Below are positions 9,287 to 17,612 of a stretch of 64,000 nucleotides of DNA, one piece after another. Both the position numbers and the translations under genes were made by a program. Under the pieces are notes generated by a model. The model had not been told where the DNA came from. It saw only the letters and a program-made list of their open reading frames with translations, and did no database searches. Where the stretch lies: contig WHSR01000006.1 of NCBI GenBank assembly GCA_009379995.1, positions 41,865 through 105,864 on the forward strand. Direction: 5' to 3'. Source of the stretch: Streptosporangiales bacterium. GTDB taxonomy: Bacteria; Actinomycetota; Actinomycetes; Streptosporangiales; WHSR01. Numbering within the stretch: the first letter of the stretch is position 1; each line of letters begins with the position of its first letter.

Positions 9287-9452
9287 CGCCCCAATATCGC
9301 CTTACCGATCGCTTACGAACCGCGTCGGTGTTGTTCGGCCGGGCTGGGGGCTACCGAACAACCGCGGCATCCCGTAGACACGGCGCGTCAACGCTGACTG
9401 TGACCTGTCTCCCGGTGACAGGTCCTATCGGGGAGCGAAAGGGGACCTACGA

Positions 9453-10016
9453 ATGCATAGGACATGGAAGACCGCGCTGACCACGCTGGCAGCGGCCGGC
9501 CTGCTGCTCGGCGGGGCCGCCACGGCGGCCAGCGCCGGGTCGCCCGATGGCACGTCATCAGAGCACGAACTGTCCGCGAGCGAGTCGGCGGCCGTCCCGG
9601 CGGGAACGCTGCCGGGCTCGCCGCCGTGCAAGGCCACCCTGGGGAACCTTCTGGCCACCTACAAGCACGGGAAGTGGGCCAAGCTGGAGATCTACTGGGA
9701 CAACGCGCACAAGACCAACTGCGCCTACCTGCGGCACGGCCCGAAGGTGCCGGACGGGCAGCACGAGACCTACGTCCTGCTCTTCACCTGCAAGACCAGC
9801 ACCAAGGGCAAACCGTGCAAGGCGATCAAGTATGACCCGCCGCGCTACGACTACGACGGCGGCCCGTACACCACCTACGCCGGAAAGGTCAGCGTCAAGG
9901 CGGCCGGTAAGTGCATCTTCGCCAGAGGCGCCGTCAAGGCCGGCGGCGAGTGGCGCCGCATCGACAGCCTCGGCAGGAAGGGCCTGAAGGACCCCAAGGG
10001 CAACCACTGCGGCTAG
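9453..10016 (+). CDS. Secreted hypothetical protein
   Basis: Signal peptide MHRTWKTALTTLAAAGLLLGGAATAASA. Cys-containing mature part, high GC3. AAAGGGGA RBS region upstream. Confidence 0.6.
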   Translation: MHRTWKTALTTLAAAGLLLGGAATAASAGSPDGTSSEHELSASESAAVPAGTLPGSPPCKATLGNLLATYKHGKWAKLEIYWDNAHKTNCAYLRHGPKVPDGQHETYVLLFTCKTSTKGKPCKAIKYDPPRYDYDGGPYTTYAGKVSVKAAGKCIFARGAVKAGGEWRRIDSLGRKGLKDPKGNHCG

Positions 10017-10037
10017 ACCACCCTCCCCCGCCACGGT

Positions 10038-10068
10038 CCCCCGCCCGGCATCACCCCCCGGGCGGGGG
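10038..10068. terminator. GC-rich hairpin between convergent genes
   Basis: CCCCCGCCCGG (10038-10048) pairs with CCGGGCGGGGG (10058-10068), 9-nt loop. Lies between the stops of 9453..10016(+) and 10090..10905(-). Confidence 0.5.
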
Positions 10069-10089
10069 ACCTCGATTTGGGCTGGGCCG

Positions 10090-10905
10090 TCAACGCCGCA
10101 TCAGGTTGTGGCAGGCGATGGCAGCGGCGGCGACCACGTTGAGGGAGTCGACGCCGAGCGCCATCGCACCGGCGCTCATCGGGATGCACACGGCCTCGTC
10201 GGCCTCCTGCACCCAGCGAGACGACAGCCCGTCGCCCTCGGTGCCCAACAGCAGGGCGACCTGCTCGCCCATGGGTGCCTTGTCCATCGGGACCGCCGAC
10301 TGATCCGGGGTAAGCGCCAGCAGCCGGAAACCGGCAGCACGCAACTCCTCCAGACCGTCGTACCAACTCGTCATCCGGGCGTACGGAACCGCGAAGACCG
10401 CACCCATCGACACCTTGACCGACCGCCGGTACAGCGGATCCGCGCATCTGGGCGACAGGGCCACCGCGTCGACGCCGAGCGCCGCCGCGCACCTGAAGAT
10501 CCCGCCGACGTTCGTGTGGTCGACGATGTCCTCGCAGACCACGAGCCGCCGGGCGCCTGCAATTACCTCGGCGACCGACGCCAACGGCAGCCGCTGCATC
10601 GACGCGAGCGCGCCGCGGTGGATGGGAAAGCCGGCGATCCGCGCGGCGACCTCGTCGTCCACCAGGTAGGCGGGAACGTCGGCGCCGTCGAGGACATCGC
10701 CCATCGAGGTGAGCCAGCGCCTGGTCAGCAGGAACGAACGGAACGGGTAGCCGGCACGGGCGGCGCGGCGGATGACCTTCTCGCCCTCGGCCATAAACAG
10801 CCCGTGCCCGGCCTCGAGGCTGGTGCGCAGCTGAACGTCCCGCAGCCGTACGTAGTCCGCCAGCCGCGGGTCGTCCGGATCGTCGACCGTCACGACGCAC
10901 GCCAT
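10090..10905 (-). CDS. TrmH/SpoU-family RNA 2'-O-methyltransferase
   Basis: ...DPRLADYVRLRDVQLR...GLFMAEGEKVIRRA... N-terminal region and C-terminal SpoU motifs (LLLGTEGDGLS, IPMSAGAMALGVDSLNVVAAAAIA). Confidence 0.85.
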   Translation of the reverse strand: MACVVTVDDPDDPRLADYVRLRDVQLRTSLEAGHGLFMAEGEKVIRRAARAGYPFRSFLLTRRWLTSMGDVLDGADVPAYLVDDEVAARIAGFPIHRGALASMQRLPLASVAEVIAGARRLVVCEDIVDHTNVGGIFRCAAALGVDAVALSPRCADPLYRRSVKVSMGAVFAVPYARMTSWYDGLEELRAAGFRLLALTPDQSAVPMDKAPMGEQVALLLGTEGDGLSSRWVQEADEAVCIPMSAGAMALGVDSLNVVAAAAIACHNLMRR

Positions 10906-11020
10906 GACCCCAGTGTCGCCGAACCCCGAGGAGGGATGATTCAGGGTCGTATCGGGGATTTCCCCGACGAACCCCTATGCGGTCGGCGGGCATACTCGGC
11001 TTCGTGCGGTTCTCGCGGAG

Positions 11021-11671
11021 GTGGAGCAGCAACCGGTGGGTGTGATCGACACGTACATCGCCGAGCTCGGCGGCGCGCTCCGCGGCCCCGGGCGGGTGAA
11101 GGCCGACCTGCTCGCCGAGGCGCGCGACAGCCTGGTCGACGCGACGGAGGCGTACCAGAGCCGCGGCCTCGACCGGGAGGCGGCCGAGCACGAGGCGGTG
11201 GGCGAGTTCGGCACGGTCCCGGAGATCGCGCCGGGGTACCAGACCGAGCTGGGCCTGGCTCAGGGGCGGCGGACGGCGCTGCTGGTCTTGCTCGTCCTCG
11301 CCCCGCAGGACCTGGTGTGGGACGCCTGGGGGGCGGTTGCGCCCGACTGGACCGGGAGCCCGGGGCCGGGGTACCTGCTGGTGGACGGGGCGGTGAAGTG
11401 GCTCGGCAGCGCCGCCATGGTCGGCGCGCTGCTCGCCGTGCTGGTGGGCGGGATCGGCCTCCGATACCTCGGCGCCCGCCGCCGGCTCACCCGGGGCATC
11501 GGCGTCCTCGGGTTCGCGGTCAGCGGGGTGTTCACGGTGTCGGGTGTGCTGCTCACCGTTCTCGCCCCCAGTGGCGGCTGGCCGTTCGACGTCGTCGGTC
11601 TGCTGGCGTTCTTGGTCATCCCGCTGACGTGCACCGCGATGTCCGCGCGCCGCTGCCTCGCCGCCGGGTAG
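11021..11671 (+). CDS. Membrane protein with N-terminal 'permease-prefix'-like helical domain
   Basis: IDTYIAELGGALRGPGRVKADLLAEARDSLVDATEAY... followed by 4 hydrophobic helices. This architecture usually accompanies PadR regulators. Start codon uncertain. Confidence 0.55.
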   Translation: MEQQPVGVIDTYIAELGGALRGPGRVKADLLAEARDSLVDATEAYQSRGLDREAAEHEAVGEFGTVPEIAPGYQTELGLAQGRRTALLVLLVLAPQDLVWDAWGAVAPDWTGSPGPGYLLVDGAVKWLGSAAMVGALLAVLVGGIGLRYLGARRRLTRGIGVLGFAVSGVFTVSGVLLTVLAPSGGWPFDVVGLLAFLVIPLTCTAMSARRCLAAG

Positions 11672-11691
11672 CCGGAACGCCTCGGGCCGTC

Positions 11692-12024
11692 TCAGGTCTG
11701 GGGCGAGGCCGGTCGGAGCACCCCGTCGATGACTGCCGCGAAGTCCCGCCACGCGGACCGCTCGGCGGCGAGCGCGCGCCGGCCCGCTGCGGTGAGCCGG
11801 TAGGTACGGCGCCTGCGTCCGCTTACCGTGGCCCAGGCGCTGCGCAGGTAGCCCGCCCGCTCCAGCCGCCGCAGCGCCGGGTACAGCGTGCCGGTCGGCA
11901 GTTCGAGGGCGCCGCCGCTACGCTCCTGCAACGCCTCCATGATGGCGTAGCCGTGCCGGGGCTCCTGCTCCAGGACGGCGAGGATCAGGGCGTCCAGGTG
12001 CCCGCGCAACGCATCCGGCTTCAT
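11692..12024 (-). CDS. PadR-family transcriptional regulator
   Basis: LDALILAVLEQEPRHGYAIMEALQERSGGALELPTGTLYPALRRLERAGYL is the canonical PadR winged HTH. TAGGCT lies 6 nt upstream of the ATG (leaderless-type promoter). Confidence 0.9.
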   Translation of the reverse strand: MKPDALRGHLDALILAVLEQEPRHGYAIMEALQERSGGALELPTGTLYPALRRLERAGYLRSAWATVSGRRRRTYRLTAAGRRALAAERSAWRDFAAVIDGVLRPASPQT

Positions 12025-12117
12025 GTAGGCAGCCTATGGGTAGAGTGCCACACTCGTCTACCTACATGTAGACCATCTATATAAGCGACGCGTCGCGCGG
12101 GCCCAAGGATGGGGCCG

Positions 12118-12882
12118 TCAGGCGTCGCCCATCTCGGCCACCGCGTCGGCGTCCGTGACAGGGGCGGGTCCCTGCGAGCGCTGTACCGGCACGCAGCAAT
12201 CGCCCTGCTGCTCGAGCAGCCAGTCGAAGTCCTCCACCTTGATGAAGCAGTCGCCGTCGTGGCCCCACTCACGTCCCCACGAGTTGCGCAGCCGGATCAC
12301 CGGGATGCCGCGTTCCTCTCCCGGCAGGCGGCTTCGCAGCGCGAGCCCTCGCACCAGGATGGCGTGACCGCCAGCGACCTCCCCGTCCCGGTCGACCTCG
12401 AGAAGCCCGGATGGCCGCGGCGTCATCATCGAGGAAAGCCACGGGATGCCGATGATGACAGGTCCGGAGTACGAGACGGCGCGCAGCGCGTCGTCGACGC
12501 CGAAGGCCCACCGGTATTCGTCCATGTAGCCGAGGTTCTGCACGATCTTGGCTCCGGCGAGGACGGAGGTTCCCGAATAGTCCTCCCCCGGAAACTCGTC
12601 GACCTTCTGCGCGTCCCGGTAGATCTTCTGCGCCAAGGAGGTGTCCGCCGGGACCGCGACCGGTAGGGCCGCCAGCTCGTGTGCCCAGCTGAAGCCCACA
12701 CAGGCGCCCTCTTTGCCCTGGTCGAGCCAGGCGTCGCAGCGCCACGCGTTCGAGCGCAGCGGCAGCTCCTCGGTGAGAAGGGAGCGAATCGCGTACCCGC
12801 GGCTTCGCTCGTCGAATTGCACAAGTCGGTCGAGGCGGGGATCGGAGGCAGTCGAACCGTCCCGAAGCATGATGTCTGCCAT
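12118..12882 (-). CDS. Papain-like (C1 family) cysteine peptidase, no signal peptide
   Basis: Internal ATG of ORF 12118..13470 with a GGAGGG RBS 7 nt upstream. Catalytic-type motifs QGKEGACVGFSW (Cys), GGHAILVRG (His) and NSWGREWGHDG (Asn-Ser-Trp). Confidence 0.75.
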   Translation of the reverse strand: MADIMLRDGSTASDPRLDRLVQFDERSRGYAIRSLLTEELPLRSNAWRCDAWLDQGKEGACVGFSWAHELAALPVAVPADTSLAQKIYRDAQKVDEFPGEDYSGTSVLAGAKIVQNLGYMDEYRWAFGVDDALRAVSYSGPVIIGIPWLSSMMTPRPSGLLEVDRDGEVAGGHAILVRGLALRSRLPGEERGIPVIRLRNSWGREWGHDGDCFIKVEDFDWLLEQQGDCCVPVQRSQGPAPVTDADAVAEMGDA

Positions 12883-12923
12883 CTGGTATCCCTCCCAGTA
12901 CGGCGAGATGTTGGGTTGGGGGG

Positions 12924-12975
12924 CCTCGCTCTTGTCCGTGGTCTTGAATTTCTGCAAGATCACGGGCAAGAGGGG
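12924..12975. repeat. Palindromic repeat family A, short form (copy A2)
   Basis: CTCTTGTCCGTGGTCTTG - AATTTCTG - CAAGATCACGGGCAAGAG. Same outer arms as A1/A4 with the centre deleted. Confidence 0.75.
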
Positions 12976-13082
12976 AGCCGCGAGCAACGTTGACACGGAC
13001 CGCCGGCAAACGGTCCCTGCCGACGGGCATATCTCGGGACAGGGATCGCTGCCCCTTCGGGCAACCGCCGAGGCGGCCGGCC

Positions 13083-14192
13083 TTACCGGGAGCGGATGAG
13101 GCCCGCCTCCGCGCAGGCCGCCTCCAGCTCGTTCAGGCCGAAGGCCTCGACCGGGCCCAGCGCGCCCGTTCCGGGCAGGTCCCCGGCCGCCGCCCGTACG
13201 GCGCCCCAGGCCAGCAGATGGCCGGTCAGCTCGTAGGGGTCGCCGCCGGACAGGTGTACCTCGCCGAGCTGCGTGCCCGACCCGTCGAAGGCGGCGGCCA
13301 CCGCGTACGTGCCCACCCGGGCGCCCGCGGCCGGGTCCGGGTCGCGGCCCGGGCGGCGCATCGCCCGTTCCCCGGCCGCCCGCAGCCCCGCCCGTACGCC
13401 TGGCACCCGTGCCAGCAGCGGAGAGACTCGGGAGGCGGTGTGCAGGGCGCGGGTCGCCGTACCGAACCAACCCAGGTAGACGTCGACCTCCCGAAGCCCC
13501 GGGAACAGGCGGGGCAGCGCGAAGTGTTCGGAGCCGCCGATCGACAGCGCCTCGCGGGGCCGCCCGTGCACGTGGAACGAACGCATTCGCGCGGCCGCCC
13601 TCTCCTCCCGGATCCCGTCACGCCAGGCGAACATCGGCTCCAGTGCGACCCCGGCCAGCGAGGCACGGGTACCCCGGCTCGCCGCGCCGCGCAGGGCGCC
13701 GGGACCGCCGAGGGAGAAGTAGCCGACCTCCACCCGGGTGGCCTGCTCACCGGCCTCCCGGAGCACGAGCGCGCCCGCCAGGTTGCCCGGCACGAAGTCG
13801 TACCCGAACGCGGTCACCAGCGCGGTGCCGGCGGCCTCCGCACGGGGTCCGAAGTCCTCGAAGACCCGACGCACGAACGGGGGCTCACCGGTCGAGTCGA
13901 GGTACCAGGCGCCCGCCTCGATCGCCGCCGCCACGGCCGGGTCGCCCAGCCGGGTGAACGGGCCGACGGTCGACACGAGCACGTCGCCGCGGTCGACGAG
14001 GGCCCGTACGGTTGCCGGGCGGGCGACGTCGGCCACGGCGGTGCGCGTCCCGCCCAGCTTCGCCGCCAGGGTGCGCAGGCGATCCTCGTCGCGGCCGGCG
14101 ATCGTCGCCTGCGCACCCCGCTCGACCAGTGACCCTACGGTCAGCCGACCGGTGTAGCCGGTGGCCCCGAAGACGACGACGCGCCCGGACAC
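13083..14192 (-). CDS. Saccharopine dehydrogenase-family NAD(P)-binding oxidoreductase
   Basis: MSGRVVVFGATGYTGRLTV... Rossmann start. The VSTVGPFTRLG and YLDSTGEPPF segments are typical of this family. Confidence 0.8.
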   Translation of the reverse strand: MSGRVVVFGATGYTGRLTVGSLVERGAQATIAGRDEDRLRTLAAKLGGTRTAVADVARPATVRALVDRGDVLVSTVGPFTRLGDPAVAAAIEAGAWYLDSTGEPPFVRRVFEDFGPRAEAAGTALVTAFGYDFVPGNLAGALVLREAGEQATRVEVGYFSLGGPGALRGAASRGTRASLAGVALEPMFAWRDGIREERAAARMRSFHVHGRPREALSIGGSEHFALPRLFPGLREVDVYLGWFGTATRALHTASRVSPLLARVPGVRAGLRAAGERAMRRPGRDPDPAAGARVGTYAVAAAFDGSGTQLGEVHLSGGDPYELTGHLLAWGAVRAAAGDLPGTGALGPVEAFGLNELEAACAEAGLIRSR

Positions 14193-14225
14193 ACCGACAA
14201 CCTACACCGGCCGGCGGACCGTGGA

Positions 14226-14987
14226 TCACGGCTGCCGAGTAGCCTCCTGGTCGTACGGCGAAGGCGTGGTGGGTTCGCTCGGGTACGGCTCCCCGGCACG
14301 CGCCTGGGAACGGACCTGCTGGGTGTCCCGCTGCATGGTGGCGAGCCATTGCTCCCACCGTGCCTGCATCGGCCTGATCAGACCACCACCCATGCCGACC
14401 ACGAGGATGCCGCCCACCGTGGCGAGCACCGTGATGAGCACCGGCATAGTCACCGTGATGGCGATCCCCATCTGGTTCAGGGCCGCGATGGCGCCGAGGC
14501 CGATGATGAACACCTGGGTGATCATCGCCAGCAGCCGGCCGTAGGCGAGGCCACCCAGGGCGGCCTCCACCAGGTCGCGTACCGCCTTGGCGATCGCCGC
14601 GGCCACGACGACGAGGATGATGGCGACGGCAACCCTCGGCAGCCATGCCACCAGGCCGCCAAGCAGATCGCTGATCGGGTTCGGGCCGAAGGCACCGAAT
14701 CCGATCTGCAGCGCGATCAGCAGCACCGCGTAGTAGATGATCCTCGCGACCAGACCGCTGGCGTCGTACTTGCTGCGCTCCAGCGCCCGGCCGAGGCCGC
14801 CGCGCTCGACCGCCCGATTGAAGCCGATACGCCCGAGCACCACGTCGATGACCTTCTGCAGCACCCGGGCGACGATCCAGCCGATGACCAGTATGACCAG
14901 GAAGGCCACGAGTTTCGGGATGAAGCTCGCGACACTGCTCCATGCGTCCGTGAGGCCCTGCTGTAGATCGATGGCCTGGACAGACAT
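14226..14987 (-). CDS. Membrane protein with conserved TM-helix repeats (CmpX-like)
   Basis: Repeated amphipathic/TM units (FIPKLVAFLVILVIGWIVARVL..., LVAWLPRVAVAIILVVVAAAIAKAV...) characteristic of the TM_helix repeat family. Confidence 0.65.
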   Translation of the reverse strand: MSVQAIDLQQGLTDAWSSVASFIPKLVAFLVILVIGWIVARVLQKVIDVVLGRIGFNRAVERGGLGRALERSKYDASGLVARIIYYAVLLIALQIGFGAFGPNPISDLLGGLVAWLPRVAVAIILVVVAAAIAKAVRDLVEAALGGLAYGRLLAMITQVFIIGLGAIAALNQMGIAITVTMPVLITVLATVGGILVVGMGGGLIRPMQARWEQWLATMQRDTQQVRSQARAGEPYPSEPTTPSPYDQEATRQP

Positions 14988-14993
14988 GCAGTT

Positions 14994-15081
14994 CCCCCCT
15001 TTCTTCAGTGATCTTTGCTATACCCCGCGTGCGAACGATCATTCACGGGAGGGATGCCAAGATCACGGGCGAGAGGGGCGG
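14994..15081. repeat. Palindromic repeat family A, diverged copy with enlarged centre (copy A3)
   Basis: The right arm AAGATCACGGGCGAGAGGGGCGG (15059-15081) closely matches A6. The left arm ...TTTCTTCAGTGATCTT (14994-15015) matches only in its inner part. Confidence 0.45.
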
Positions 15082-16808
15082 CCCTTGCGCAGGAAGGCGC
15101 GCAGCCGGTCCAGCGGCCAGGTGTTGATGACCTCGTCCCGGGTGAGCCAGCCCCGCTGTGCGGTGCCGACCCCGTACCGCAGGAAGGCCAGATGCCGGGT
15201 GGAGTGCGAGTCGCTGTCGATAGCGAAGTTGACCCCGTACCGCTTGGCCCGCAGGATGTGCTCGTCCTTCAGGTCGAGACGGTCGGGGAAGGAGTCGATC
15301 TCCAGCGCCGTACCGGTGCGCGCGCACGCCTCGAAGATCTCGTCGAGGTCGGCGTCGATTGGGGGGCGCTTGCCGATGAGCCGGGCCGTCGGGTGGCCGA
15401 TGATGTTGACGTACGGGTTCTCGCAGGCCCGTACGATCCGCCGGGTCAGCTCCTCGCGCGACTGGTTGAAGTGCGAGTGCACCGAGGCGATGCAGACGTC
15501 GAATCCCTGCAGGAACTCGGCGGGCCAGTCGACGTTCCCGTCCGGGTCGATGTTGAGCTCGCTGCCGTGCAGCAGCCGCATCTCCCCGTACTTTCCGTCG
15601 AGGGCCCGTAGCCGCTCCCGTTGCGCCAGCACCTTCTCGTCCGACATGCGCTGCATGTACAGGTTGGGCGCGTGGTCGGTGACCGCGTAGTACTCGTAGC
15701 CGCGCGTCGACGCGGCCTCGAGCATCTGCTCCAGCGTCGACAGCCCGTCGGTGAGGTCGGTGTGGGTGTGCAGGTCGCCGCGGATATCGTCCTCGGTGAC
15801 CAGCCGGGCGACCAGGTCGGGAAGCTCGCCCCGCACCGCGGCCTCCACCTCGCCCCGGTCCTCCCGGAGCGCCGGCGGGACCCACGGCAGCCCGAGCCGC
15901 TCGTACACCTCCTCCTCGGTCTCGGAGACGATCTTCTCCTCGGTCTCCGCGTCGAACAGGCCGTACTCGGACAGCTTCAGGCCCTGCCGCACGGCGATCT
16001 CCCGGGTGCGGATGTTGTGCGCCTTGGAACCGGTGAAGTACTGCAGCGCGGCGCCCCACGCGTCCGGCGCCACCACCCGCAGGTCGACCTGCAGCCCCTT
16101 GGTGGTACGAACCGAGCTCTTGGTGTCGCCGTGCGCGATCACCTCGTCCACGTACGACGCGGTCGTGAACGCGTCCATGAGCACCGCCGGGGCGCCGGAC
16201 GTCGCGAGGATGTCGATGTCGCCGATGGTCTCCCGCATCCGGCGCAGCGAGCCCGCGTACGTGCACCGCTCGCACCCGGTTACCTGGGACATCTCGGCCA
16301 CGATGTCCTCGGCGAGCTCCAACGCGACCGCCAGGTGCACCCGGTCGCCGGCCTGCTGCATGAGCTCGACGCCGTGCAGGATGTTCTCCTCGGTCTTCGA
16401 CCCGAAGCCCTTGAGTCCGTGCAACTTCCCCGCGTGGATGGCGTCCACGAGCTCGTCGATCGAGGCGATGCCCAGCTCCTCGTACAGGACCACCGCCTTC
16501 TTCGGCCCGAGGGTGGGTATCGCGGTTAGCTGGCGCACCCCGGCCGGGATCTTCGCGCGCAGCTCCTCCACCGCGGGCACGGTCCCGGTCTGGAGGTGCT
16601 CGAGGATCTTCTCGGCGATCGACTTGCCGACGTTCGGGATCTGCTGCAGCCCGGAGAGATCGAGGCGCGATATGTCCTCGTGGTAACCGCCGACGGCGCG
16701 GGCGGCCTTCTCGTAGGCGCGCGCCTTGTACGCCTCGCCGCCGGTGATCGAGATGAGGTCGGCGTACTCCTGCAGGAGCGCCCCGACCTCCTCGTTCGGC
16801 CGGCCCAT
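15063..16808 (-). CDS. polX: DNA polymerase/3'-5' exonuclease PolX (family X polymerase + PHP domain)
   Basis: N-terminal HhH/pol-beta region (YKARAYEKAARAV...IPNVGKSIAEKILE) and C-terminal PHP domain (GDLHTHTDLTDG..., ASVHSHF...). Confidence 0.9.
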   Translation of the reverse strand: MGRPNEEVGALLQEYADLISITGGEAYKARAYEKAARAVGGYHEDISRLDLSGLQQIPNVGKSIAEKILEHLQTGTVPAVEELRAKIPAGVRQLTAIPTLGPKKAVVLYEELGIASIDELVDAIHAGKLHGLKGFGSKTEENILHGVELMQQAGDRVHLAVALELAEDIVAEMSQVTGCERCTYAGSLRRMRETIGDIDILATSGAPAVLMDAFTTASYVDEVIAHGDTKSSVRTTKGLQVDLRVVAPDAWGAALQYFTGSKAHNIRTREIAVRQGLKLSEYGLFDAETEEKIVSETEEEVYERLGLPWVPPALREDRGEVEAAVRGELPDLVARLVTEDDIRGDLHTHTDLTDGLSTLEQMLEAASTRGYEYYAVTDHAPNLYMQRMSDEKVLAQRERLRALDGKYGEMRLLHGSELNIDPDGNVDWPAEFLQGFDVCIASVHSHFNQSREELTRRIVRACENPYVNIIGHPTARLIGKRPPIDADLDEIFEACARTGTALEIDSFPDRLDLKDEHILRAKRYGVNFAIDSDSHSTRHLAFLRYGVGTAQRGWLTRDEVINTWPLDRLRAFLRKGRPSRP

Positions 16809-16837
16809 ACGCCTAGCCTATGCCGAATCCGGACCGG

Positions 16838-17110
16838 TCAGCCCACCTCGCGGAGCAGCTTGTCCATGGCGAAGACCCGTTCGCGCAGCTCCGATACCTC
16901 CACCCGGAGCGTACGCAGCTCCTGCAGGGTCTTCGTCTGCTCGCCGGCCACCCGCTCGGCGAGCGCGCGGTAGTCCACCTCGCGTCCCGCGCAGCTCCTG
17001 GCGCGCAGCGTGGCGAAGCCCTGCCGGATGAGCACGGTCAGCACGACCGTCAGCGTCAACACCGTACCGGCGACCGCGATGGCCCCCACCAGATTGCCGT
17101 CGATATCCAT
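16838..17110 (-). CDS. Small single-pass membrane / coiled-coil protein (paralog 1)
   Basis: N-terminal TM helix (LVGAIAVAGTVLTLTVVLTVLI) and C-terminal LRTLRVEVSELRERVFAMDKLLREVG. Paralogous to 17241..17567. Confidence 0.55.
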   Translation of the reverse strand: MDIDGNLVGAIAVAGTVLTLTVVLTVLIRQGFATLRARSCAGREVDYRALAERVAGEQTKTLQELRTLRVEVSELRERVFAMDKLLREVG

Positions 17111-17240
17111 CCGAGCCCCTCTGCCTGATCACCATCGGAACTCGACCACTGTGCCGGCAGCGCGGCGCGGGGCACATCCGGGACGTACCCGAGGTTGCCC
17201 TGACTCCGACCCGGAGGGCGCCCTGACCGTGTGCGACCTC

Positions 17241-17567
17241 CTACCCGACCTCCCCGACCTCGCGGAGGAGCTTTTCCAGGGCGGCCATCCGCTCGCGCAG
17301 CTCGGCCAGCTCCACGCGCACGGTGCGCAGCTCCAGGGTGGGGCGCTGGGTGCGGCGCCATCGGGCGGGGGAAAGCAGGGTCTTTTTCTGCAGGTCGGTG
17401 GCGTTCTCGGCGAGCAGGCGGAAGTCGTCGGCGCCCGCCATCTCCGCCCGGGCCTGGGCACCCCGGGCCGCCGTGATGTACCTGACGACCGCGAGCACGA
17501 TGAACCCCGCCAGCGCCGGCAACCCCAGCCCGAGGATGAGCCCGATGAGGTTGCTGCTGATCTCCAC
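17241..17567 (-). CDS. Small single-pass membrane / coiled-coil protein (paralog 2, carries a 14-codon insertion)
   Basis: TM helix (LIGLILGLGLPALAGFIVLAVV) and C-terminal LRTVRVELAELRERMAALEKLLREVG. Contains the extra LSPARWRRTQRPTL segment. Confidence 0.55.
   Translation of the reverse strand: MEISSNLIGLILGLGLPALAGFIVLAVVRYITAARGAQARAEMAGADDFRLLAENATDLQKKTLLSPARWRRTQRPTLELRTVRVELAELRERMAALEKLLREVGEVG
17333..17375. repeat. 43-nt element S, copy 1 (inside CDS 17241..17567)
   Basis: CCAGGGTGGGGCGCTGGGTGCGGCGCCATCGGGCGGGGGAAAG is 42/43 identical to the reverse complement of 52609-52651. Confidence 0.85.
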
Positions 17568-17612
17568 CGCGGACCTCCCGAAGACACGCCATGCCTAACT
17601 TAGCCTGGAGTC

